From positions 1,344,001 to 1,408,000 of the forward strand of contig JBKAGP010000001.1 of NCBI GenBank assembly GCA_046290465.1: a stretch of 64,000 bases of DNA. The letters run 5' to 3'. A program made the translations under genes and the position numbers. This DNA comes from Planctomycetota bacterium (GTDB lineage: Bacteria > Planctomycetota > UBA1135 > UBA2386). The notes below the pieces were generated by a model, which did no database searches, was not told the DNA's origin, and was given only the letters and a program-made list of their open reading frames with translations. Shown here piece by piece: positions 1-7,335 of the stretch; the stretch's first letter is position 1; each line of letters begins with the position of its first letter.

Positions 1-1
1 T

Positions 2-541
2 ACTTACAGTCAGGTCTCCCGGGGCCTCGGAAATAACATCCACAGGCCACCATGAGTCGGCCGCGCTCAGCGGAACCTGATTCGCATCACCGGCTAACGC
101 AAGGGCGATGCGAACCGCACTCCAGCGATATGCAAACAACGACACCGGATCACTTCCAAATGCACCCCATAATGGAGGCTCAAACTCGGAGTCAATGGAG
201 TCGTTGAGCAACTTGCAGCGGCTTCGAACGACAGAGAACTCCGACGACGTCCCCCGCCACAGCACATACTCTCGCCACCTGGACCGCATGGCAGCATGTA
301 GCCCCATAGCCCAGTCTTCACTCAACAGGGGATGCAGCGCCCTTAGAATGTGCATTTCGCCACTCTCTAAGCGATCCCCCTTGGGCACTTCGACTACCAA
401 CACCTGCACGTCAACAGCACCGAGCCCCCCGACACCCACGCATTCCACGCGAAAACCCAAGCGTCGCAGCCCGTTATGACTTTCCACGAGACGCCGCATC
501 TGGTCGTCTCTCCAGGCCGTAACTAGTGGCAACCAGTCCAT
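2..541 (-). CDS. Hypothetical protein, 3'-truncated by window edge (>=180 aa, MDWLPLVTAWRDDQMRRLVESHNGLRRLGF...)
   Basis: Manually translated: ATG at 541 preceded by GAGAGGGGG, no stop down to base 2; starts 25 nt after the stop of the upstream gene; absent from the ORF track. Confidence 0.7.
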   Translation of the reverse strand, partial: MDWLPLVTAWRDDQMRRLVESHNGLRRLGFRVECVGVGGLGAVDVQVLVVEVPKGDRLESGEMHILRALHPLLSEDWAMGLHAAMRSRWREYVLWRGTSSEFSVVRSRCKLLNDSIDSEFEPPLWGAFGSDPVSLFAYRWSAVRIALALAGDANQVPLSAADSWWPVDVISEAPGDLTVS

Positions 542-565
542 CGTAGCCCCCTCTCTAAGAGCCCC

Positions 566-1690
566 CTATCCAGCCGCACCCAAGATGGCTGGTGGGAAAA
601 CAGGCATCGGAAGGCCCGGCGGCCACATGGGATACCGGGTGATTAAGAACCAAATTACCAAGCCTACCACGATTCCGATTCCGATTGCCCACTTTAACCA
701 GGTGGGCACAGCTGGCTCTGAAGGCTCCCACGGCTGACCGCCGCCTCCACCGCCTCCACCAGGGACAGACTCGGGAGCGGGGTCGGGTGCCGGATCGGGC
801 TCAGGCTCTGGCCACGGGGCCGGCCCGGGACCCGGCTCGGGATGCGGAAGCTCTGGCGGCTCCTCGGGGAGTTCTGCACGCTCCCCTCGCGGCGGCCACG
901 GCACACCCATGGGAATACAGCGACAAAACCACTTCTTCAGATCGAACAGTTTGACGATCTCACAACGCCCTCGAGGGTGGCACGTCTGATTCACACAATA
1001 TACATCTCTGAAGTTAATACGCTCGCCAACACACTGAAACTCGGTGTGGTTATCGTGCTTCCATCCCTTCGGCGGGGTCCATATCTCAGAATCCCCCGGG
1101 CCGCGCATTGGCCCCGGCCCGATTGGTAGCAACACCTTGCCAGCCAACACCTGCGCTAGCCCCGGGCGAAGCAACCGAATCACGGAGGGGCTAACCTCCC
1201 CAGCACGCCCCACGTAGCGACCCAGGTCGGTCCGCTGCCCGCCACCACCAGACATTTGAGCGATAGACCTCAGACTGACACGGTTTGGAATTACAATACG
1301 GCGGCCCGATGCCACCTGTTCTCGCGCAACCCGCACTGCCCTATCAATAATGCTCGGGAGGGCCACATCATGCAGCCCCATAGAGTCGAGCACTTTTGCA
1401 GCTGCCCCGACGATATCCACCCTTGCCTTCGCTCGACGACCAGATTCGCGTGGCTCGGCAGCCCCACCGAATGGACGCCTGCATGCACAATCACTCGAAC
1501 CATCGCAACCACAGGCATCAATGCCGACACAAGATTCACCAAGATGCGACTGCCTGCGCCCCACATTCCACACACTCTTCCCGAACTGCGGATACTCACG
1601 CCCCACAGCCCCAATGTCACTCAGCCCCATGGGCCCAGGCTCCATCGTTGCAGAGCCACCACAACCGCCTTCACCGTGATCGCAATCCAT
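566..1690 (-). CDS. Cys-rich protein with Pro/Glu linker and C-terminal transmembrane helix
   Basis: GGAG SD; Cys clusters CVGIDACGCDGSSDCAC and C-x11-C-x4-C-x5-C-x12-C-x-C; PE/PD repeats; hydrophobic WAIGIGIVVGLVIWFLI near the C-terminus. Confidence 0.75.
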   Translation of the reverse strand: MDCDHGEGGCGGSATMEPGPMGLSDIGAVGREYPQFGKSVWNVGRRQSHLGESCVGIDACGCDGSSDCACRRPFGGAAEPRESGRRAKARVDIVGAAAKVLDSMGLHDVALPSIIDRAVRVAREQVASGRRIVIPNRVSLRSIAQMSGGGGQRTDLGRYVGRAGEVSPSVIRLLRPGLAQVLAGKVLLPIGPGPMRGPGDSEIWTPPKGWKHDNHTEFQCVGERINFRDVYCVNQTCHPRGRCEIVKLFDLKKWFCRCIPMGVPWPPRGERAELPEEPPELPHPEPGPGPAPWPEPEPDPAPDPAPESVPGGGGGGGGQPWEPSEPAVPTWLKWAIGIGIVVGLVIWFLITRYPMWPPGLPMPVFPPAILGAAG

Positions 1691-1703
1691 GACTATCGCT
1701 CCA

Positions 1704-1779
1704 GTCTAGTCGATTTCAGGAAACTGAGGGGCACCGGGCCCGAATCGCCCCCGACGCCCCAGGTGAGACACAACTAGAC
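1704..1779 (-). promoter_or_regulatory. Long imperfect intergenic hairpin ending just before the SD of the Cys-rich gene
   Basis: Minus strand GTCTAGTTG...CGACTAGAC outer stem and GGGGCGTCGG/CCGGTGCCCC inner stem. Confidence 0.5.
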
Positions 1780-2139
1780 CTAGCGGTCGGTCCGCCAGGA
1801 CGGCTGGAGTGCCCGGAACATCACGAAATTGGTGGTCCCTTTGGTCCCGCCAGTGCTGAACTTGTAGCGCACCAACTCCTGCATGGTGTTCGTGCTATCG
1901 TCGTTGACGGCGACCTTTACCCCCGACTGCCCCGAGGTGAACGTGACCGCTGTTGCGAGCAGAGTGCTTGGAGTCACGCTCTCCTTGGTGCGCGTCTCGA
2001 CCTGCCACGTCAGGCTGGCCGAGCTGTTCTCCAGCACCTCGACACCGAATGTCGCGAAGTCACCACGCACCGGCATCCACGGTGTGTAGACTGCGGTAAC
2101 GCCGGTATAGAGAATCTGTCCTTGAAGCTGATTTGTCAT
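1780..2139 (-). CDS. Small beta-rich protein, paralog C of tandem triplet (119 aa)
   Basis: Start revised to ATG 2139 after TAG-AGGATCCC; motifs LQGQ, YTPWMPVRGD, EV, ETR, ELVRYK, FRALQPSW. Confidence 0.85.
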   Translation of the reverse strand: MTNQLQGQILYTGVTAVYTPWMPVRGDFATFGVEVLENSSASLTWQVETRTKESVTPSTLLATAVTFTSGQSGVKVAVNDDSTNTMQELVRYKFSTGGTKGTTNFVMFRALQPSWRTDR

Positions 2140-2147
2140 GGGATCCT

Positions 2148-2489
2148 CTAGTTGGGCGACCACAAGGGCTGAGACAGCTGGAAGTGCATGACTGCAGATC
2201 CGGTGCTGTTGACGACGCGATACCGAACAAGGTCTTGGGCATTAACGACCTTGAACTGGAACAGCCCTGGCGTCGTAGAATCTACAACCTGGCTGCCGAT
2301 AGACGATGCACCCGAGTCGTCTTCATCGCTCGACTTGGTGTCCAAGTGGACGGTGTATTGGTTGGCCGCCGACACGTAGAACACCTCAATCGCCGCAACA
2401 CCATCGTTGCCCCCTGCCGGCATCCAGAAACCCTCGTATTTCACGGCCCCGTCTGAGGCCACGGTCTCTCCGAGAAGAAGTGGGTCCAC
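2148..2489 (-). CDS. Small beta-rich protein, paralog B of tandem triplet (113 aa)
   Basis: GTG start after GGAGG SD; motifs LLGE, WMPAGGN, EV, DTK, DLVRYR, FQLSQPLW. Confidence 0.85.
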   Translation of the reverse strand: MDPLLLGETVASDGAVKYEGFWMPAGGNDGVAAIEVFYVSAANQYTVHLDTKSSDEDDSGASSIGSQVVDSTTPGLFQFKVVNAQDLVRYRVVNSTGSAVMHFQLSQPLWSPN

Positions 2490-2498
2490 TTGATCCTC

Positions 2499-2852
2499 CT
2501 AGTTTGGCTGCCAAATTGGCGCGTTTGAACGAAAGTGGATCCACGCCGCAGTGGACTCACCATCTCCTGATGCCGTGAACTTGAAGCGGACAAGCTCCTT
2601 GGCGGCCGAGGGGTTGATTGTGCCCAACTCTGGCCACGCAGTCCCATTGATTGTCACACTTCCCGTCAAACCCGTGGCGGAACTGTCCGCATCCTCGGCG
2701 TTTTTAGTCTCAGCCTCACAAACAAGGCTGTAAGGCGACATCGCCTCGATGACTTCAAAGACCCCCGTAAATGCATCCCCTTGCCGGGGAAACCACGGGG
2801 AATAGTAGGTCGCACCAGGCCCCGGGGCGAATACTGTTTGCCCGATCAGCAT
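2499..2852 (-). CDS. Small beta-rich protein, paralog A of tandem triplet (117 aa)
   Basis: GAGGAG SD; motifs LIGQ, YSPWFPRQGD, EV, ETK, ELVRFK, FRSNAPIW. Confidence 0.85.
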   Translation of the reverse strand: MLIGQTVFAPGPGATYYSPWFPRQGDAFTGVFEVIEAMSPYSLVCEAETKNAEDADSSATGLTGSVTINGTAWPELGTINPSAAKELVRFKFTASGDGESTAAWIHFRSNAPIWQPN

Positions 2853-2907
2853 CGAACTCTCCTCTAACCGATCCTAGCGAGTGCGCACACCTCAGCGTGC
2901 GGTCGGC

Positions 2908-2969
2908 AGCCTCGGCGCCACCGACAAGAGCATCCTAGAGCCTCGGCGCCACCGACAAGAGCATCCTAG
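2908..2969. repeat. Perfect 31-bp tandem duplication AGCCTCGGCGCCACCGACAAGAGCATCCTAG x2
   Basis: Copies read directly at 2908-2938 and 2939-2969. Confidence 0.95.
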
Positions 2970-3028
2970 CCGGCACCGGAACTGCTTTTACACGGCAATA
3001 GTCCCCAGTCCGACCACCGGCCCTACCG

Positions 3029-3048
3029 ACCGGACAGATCTGTCTGGT
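3029..3048. promoter_or_regulatory. 20-bp palindrome, candidate operator upstream of the triplet operon
   Basis: ACCGGACAGA/TCTGTCTGGT, 9 of 10 positions complementary. Confidence 0.45.
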
Positions 3049-3208
3049 TGATCACACAATCTAGCACTGATTGAGCCGTCGCACACAAGCGGCGACGCGA
3101 CTCAGACACGAACCAGACATCCTTGACACAACAGGACTCACGCGGCCCGCCCCCATCGCGCACCAGGGCTGCCGATACAGCAGAACGCATGTCGGAGATG
3201 GACCGGCG

Positions 3209-3643
3209 CTACGCGCCATCATCCACCACAGCGCGCAGCCCAGACAGCATCTCCCGGCGAGCCCTCTCGCTGAGTCGGCCAAGCGCCAGCAGCTGCCTCA
3301 CCGCCCCCAGGACCTCCAAGTGGTCGCTAGGCCCACGGACGCCCGGCACACCTCGGCGCTCGCGATCAAGCTCCTGCGCCACGTCGATGACGTGCGCCGC
3401 CACCTCCTCGGCCGCCTCACGAACCTGCTGACCCAAGCGCACTATCGAGCCCACCACGCCAGCCTGGGCGGCCAGCTCGCTCTCAACTGCAACGTGGGCG
3501 GGCACGGGCGGACGCTGTGAATCGCCGCCGCTGCTCGCTCGGGGCGCGGGCTGGTGGCCAGAATCGACGCTGCCACGCCCCAAGGCACCACGACCATCAT
3601 CCATGGAGGAAGGACAGGAATCGGCAAAGACAGCGACCCTCAT
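3209..3643 (-). CDS. Hypothetical helical protein (144 aa)
   Basis: Start revised to ATG 3643: GGAGGT SD and ATGA overlap with the stop of the upstream gene. Confidence 0.65.
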   Translation of the reverse strand: MRVAVFADSCPSSMDDGRGALGRGSVDSGHQPAPRASSGGDSQRPPVPAHVAVESELAAQAGVVGSIVRLGQQVREAAEEVAAHVIDVAQELDRERRGVPGVRGPSDHLEVLGAVRQLLALGRLSERARREMLSGLRAVVDDGA

Positions 3644-3939
3644 GCCGCACCTCCCGCAGCCGGGCGACAGCTGATGCTGAAGACCGAAGCGCCGCTGGCA
3701 TCTCGCAGGTCGCAGCATGCAGCAACACCGAAGCGACCGGCGATGCTGTGGGCAACCACTCTGCAGTGGCTCTTCGCTTGACCGAGAGCCCCCTCGAAGG
3801 GGCCACGGACTGCTGGCTCCAAACGCCCCGAGCCACCTAGGCGGCTGCACAGAACGTGAAAGATGGACGGCTCTTGGGCCGCCAGATCGCTCGGCGCGGA
3901 TTTGATCCGCAGAGCGCTGGACGTAGTGTCGGCAGTCAT
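3640..3939 (-). CDS. Hypothetical protein (99 aa) with structured leader
   Basis: AGGAGA SD; ends in GGAA-stop with translational coupling typical of phage operons. Confidence 0.65.
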   Translation of the reverse strand: MTADTTSSALRIKSAPSDLAAQEPSIFHVLCSRLGGSGRLEPAVRGPFEGALGQAKSHCRVVAHSIAGRFGVAACCDLRDASGASVFSISCRPAAGGAA

Positions 3940-4010
3940 GACTGTCTCCTGGCTATACAGGGGGTGGTCTAGGGCTCTGGCCGGGCTGCAACCCGGCTGG
4001 AGCCTGCTTC
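3935..4010 (+). ncRNA. Candidate cis-antisense RNA covering the SD/leader of the 3939 gene
   Basis: TAGTGT -10-like box on + strand inside the first codons; 13-bp hairpin 3973-4004 with CTGCAA loop whose G-U pairs favour the + strand; layout resembles symE/symR. Confidence 0.4.
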
Positions 4011-4153
4011 ATCCCGTTGGATGATGGCTCGACCCTTAGCAGGCGTGAGGGGTCGTTGTCAAGGGCTGGTCGGCGCCCCCAACCCCACCGACGCCACCAC
4101 TCGCTGGTGCAGCGGCTGCACCCAACGAGGACGTGTCTGCTCCAGCGATGGCG

Positions 4154-4630
4154 TCAGATGCCCTTGACCAGATGTGAGGTGGCTGCGTCCGCGATCTCCT
4201 TCGCGGTCATCGGCACCATAGCGTGGTCCAGTCCGGCCACCCAGTCCTCGATGTCCTTGCGGCGCCACAGCTGCTTCGAGAGCCGGGTGAAGCGGACGGG
4301 GGCCGGCGCCTCTCCGTAGGTCACCAGCCGCTGCCAGGACTGGATGCCCATTCCACTCAGGTGGGCAGCTGTCTTCGCATCGACCAGGAGCGGAGACTCT
4401 CGCTGGGAGCTGCGCGCACCCCTTGCTGGCGTCCTTGCCGGATCCTGACCGCCCATGTCGCCCCTGGATGCTCGCGCGACGCCTACGCTTGGCAACCTCT
4501 CCCGAATGGCGCCCGCTCCCCCTGCGATCTCAACTGCGTCGCCCAAGATCCGGACGAGCAAACGCAGCCTCCTCGCCAGGACTGCGGTCTCGGCGGGCGG
4601 GCCCTGGGCGGCATGCCGTTCGTTGCTCAT
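4154..4630 (-). CDS. AlpA/excisionase-like HTH protein with N-terminal extension
   Basis: LLVDAKTAAHLSGMGIQSWQRLVTYGEAPAPVRF...LWRRKDIEDWV matches the AlpA/HTH_17 pattern. Confidence 0.75.
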   Translation of the reverse strand: MSNERHAAQGPPAETAVLARRLRLLVRILGDAVEIAGGAGAIRERLPSVGVARASRGDMGGQDPARTPARGARSSQRESPLLVDAKTAAHLSGMGIQSWQRLVTYGEAPAPVRFTRLSKQLWRRKDIEDWVAGLDHAMVPMTAKEIADAATSHLVKGI

Positions 4631-4724
4631 CGGGGCGGAGCCTACAAGCTGAGACGAGGAACACGCCGCCGGAACGAGAACTTCCATACTTCAACTGGCC
4701 GGCGGCTCATGCTATTGCGAAGGA

Positions 4725-5294
4725 ATGAGGAAGAAGACCGCTGCCGACACCGCGGCCAAGCCAGCTACGAGCGTGCTGCGTCCCCTGGTCGCCTTGGGGC
4801 TACTCGGGGCCCTGGGAGCCTGCCATGGACCACTGCGCCAAACCGACGCCGATGGCTGGCACACCTGGGGTGGACCACCACCACCACCGCTCCACCGGCC
4901 AAACCTCGGTGAACAGGTCCTGCTCTACCTGCCGAACAGGCTCGTGGACTTGGCGGAGATCGTCTCGGTCTCGTTCGGGGTGGGAGTCAGCCCCGGGGTA
5001 GATCTGCGGGTAACCCAATGGGGCCAATTCGCCCTCCAGGCAGGAGCAGGAGCAGGGTTCCAGTGGGACGACAGAGCGACCGACCCCAGGATAGCCACCG
5101 CCTATGCAACGGCGGCTGTGGGACCATGGAGAGCCGGAGCCGGCACAGGCCGGGTGGCGAGCGTGGGCGCATGGGAGGTCGCCGTAGGGCTTGGAGGCCA
5201 GAAGTTCGGGGTTGACCTTGCAGAGGCGGCGGACTTTCTGCTGGGGTGGTTCTTCATCGATATCCAAGGGGATGACTATGGTTGGGTCCGATAG
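4725..5294 (+). CDS. Lipoprotein of unknown function
   Basis: Lipobox LGAC after a hydrophobic stretch; PNRLVD...GVG...RVT and C-terminal DFLLGWFFIDIQGDD. Confidence 0.75.
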   Translation: MRKKTAADTAAKPATSVLRPLVALGLLGALGACHGPLRQTDADGWHTWGGPPPPPLHRPNLGEQVLLYLPNRLVDLAEIVSVSFGVGVSPGVDLRVTQWGQFALQAGAGAGFQWDDRATDPRIATAYATAAVGPWRAGAGTGRVASVGAWEVAVGLGGQKFGVDLAEAADFLLGWFFIDIQGDDYGWVR

Positions 5295-6339
5295 CCAGCC
5301 CGAAGGCGCCCCAGACACTGCGAGCAAGGACCGCGACGACACAGCCAGAGCGCCTAACCGGGACTCATCAGAATTCCTGACCAAGGGAGATCCTGAGCAC
5401 TACGAAATAGCGGCGAGAGGCACAGCTGCCCTCAAGGCATGGGCAGCTCGCAACCCTGGATTCCCCCTCTCTCTCCGCTTGACAGGTGCGATGATGCCTT
5501 TGGCCCAACTGCGCGGAGCACCCCTCACGTTGGCGGATCTTTCGCATGCGACCCTGTCACATGCTGACCTGAGCAATGCGAACCTGACAGCCGCAAGCCT
5601 CCAGGGGGCCGATCTTGCGAAGGCAAATCTGAGTGGCGCAAACCTAACGAGGGCAACACTCAGCGGCGCCGACCTATCCTGCACGGATCTGCGCGGAGCG
5701 AATCTGAAGCACGCCGACCTCAGCGAAGCCGACCTGAGGAGACCGCCTATCGGCCTCATCCTCGACTGTCAGGACATTCGCGGCACCCGCTTCTCACCCC
5801 GGGCACCAGATCCATGGTCAGTTCTCCGACGCGAATACACCGGGCCTCGCCTCCTCTTCCACCTGCTCTTGCTGGTCGCGTTTCTGTCTCGCTATCTGAT
5901 ACGTGCCGCGAAGTGGTCGGCCTGGGAGCATGTCCAGCCGCACTTAGAGAATGGCGATTGCCATTGGATCGCATGGCAGTTGACCGGAGGACCGGGGGCA
6001 GGCATGGCTACCGCGTTCGAAATCATGAGCAAGCAGGTGGCGCTGACGAACTCGTGGCCCCGGTGGCAGCTACTCCTCGGGTGGGACCTGGGCAACTTGG
6101 CAGTCGCCACGTCAGCAATACTGATCGCCTACAATGCCACGCGACTGGTCCTGACCTATCGACTGTCGGCAGTCCGCGATGCCGAGGAACGATCCAACTT
6201 CGCCCCGGCGCGAGAGGACTATTGGCGGTGGTGGCTGGCCCACAGGTGGTTCATGCGCTGGGTAGTATGGTTCGCGACCCTATCGGCAGCAGGTCATATT
6301 ATCCCCTGGCTACTGGAGACGATCACCAGACCTCACTGA
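5278..6339 (+). CDS. Pentapeptide-repeat protein with C-terminal membrane domain
   Basis: Run of A(D/N)Lxx repeats (ADLSH ATLSH ADLSN ANLTA...) followed by several hydrophobic segments; start uncertain (5272 or 5278). Confidence 0.85.
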   Translation: MVGSDSQPEGAPDTASKDRDDTARAPNRDSSEFLTKGDPEHYEIAARGTAALKAWAARNPGFPLSLRLTGAMMPLAQLRGAPLTLADLSHATLSHADLSNANLTAASLQGADLAKANLSGANLTRATLSGADLSCTDLRGANLKHADLSEADLRRPPIGLILDCQDIRGTRFSPRAPDPWSVLRREYTGPRLLFHLLLLVAFLSRYLIRAAKWSAWEHVQPHLENGDCHWIAWQLTGGPGAGMATAFEIMSKQVALTNSWPRWQLLLGWDLGNLAVATSAILIAYNATRLVLTYRLSAVRDAEERSNFAPAREDYWRWWLAHRWFMRWVVWFATLSAAGHIIPWLLETITRPH

Positions 6340-6410
6340 TTGTGACAGGGACCGACCCGAAGGAGAGGGCCGCACGAAGCCGAAGTGCGCAGATGCAGAG
6401 CAACGACAGC

Positions 6411-6839
6411 TCATCTCGCCGGCTTGTCGACCCACCTGACTCGGTCCTTCCCCAGGACCAGCACGTCTCCCCGCCTGACGATGACCTCCCGTAGGACCTG
6501 GCGTCGCTGCTGGTCGATGCGGTAGCGAGCACAGTCCGCCTTCGCCCGGACCACGATCCCCTCTGCGACCTCCCCGAGGACCCGCATGCGGAACAGGCCA
6601 TCGTGCCGAACATCGCCATCCAGCCGAACCACGACCACCTCCCCCGCCGCGAACCGCCGAGCACGCGGCTCGGAGGCCGTAGTGGAATGGCCGCAGGTTG
6701 AGACGAGCGTGTAGCTGGCCCGCTCCGGCCTGAACAGGTCCGAGAGGTTGCGGAGCGGAGAGCCCAGGGCCTGGAGCAGGGCGCAGAGGGCTTGCTCGGG
6801 GTTGACAGGACGAGAGAGATCGTTGGCGGGTCGCTTCAT
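6411..6839 (-). CDS. Hypothetical protein (142 aa)
   Basis: GGAGG SD before ATG; beta-rich C-terminal half. Confidence 0.6.
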   Translation of the reverse strand: MKRPANDLSRPVNPEQALCALLQALGSPLRNLSDLFRPERASYTLVSTCGHSTTASEPRARRFAAGEVVVVRLDGDVRHDGLFRMRVLGEVAEGIVVRAKADCARYRIDQQRRQVLREVIVRRGDVLVLGKDRVRWVDKPAR

Positions 6840-7335
6840 GATCCTCCACAGGTAGCCGAAGCCGCCTCAGGACCAGCGAACCCACCTCCTCGAAGAGAAA
6901 CACCAACCCTCGAATCGCCCCCAACTCACCGCCACCCACCACCCACCTCGACCCCCGAGGCCCCAGCATCCAACAAGCGAGTCCTCAGGACCCCGCTCGG
7001 CGGCTCAACCGATGCCCGGCAGGCAACCGGAACCCAGCTCGACCACCTGCTACCGACCACCGCCCAGCCCCGAACGGGGCCGCCGACCTGAGAGGCTCTC
7101 AGACCGCCTGTAATGCCGCGTATTTCGCGCCGCCTCCATGGCACCCGTAGCAAGAGATCGTCAATTCTAGACCCATTCGAGGCGCCCTCACGAGCCGCGG
7201 CCGACAGTGGCCAGACTTCCATCAAGCCACGGTCATCCTGCGGGATATCCCAGGTGGTTATTAGTGGTATTGGATGGGGTGCTCTGGTGGGTAGTGGACG
7301 TGTTTTTGGTGGATGATCTATGGGGCCCGATGGCC

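Noticed and set aside
1704..1779. Canonical integron attC site
   Set aside because: Lacks the invariant AAC/GTT triplets, only one copy seen, and I see no IntI-specific features in the integrase
2908..2969. 31-bp repeat as a CRISPR array
   Set aside because: Two directly abutting copies, no spacer, no cas genes
3071..3520. + strand ORFs at 3071-3520 and 3123-3431
   Set aside because: The overlapping minus-strand gene has a clear SD and translational coupling; these lack such support
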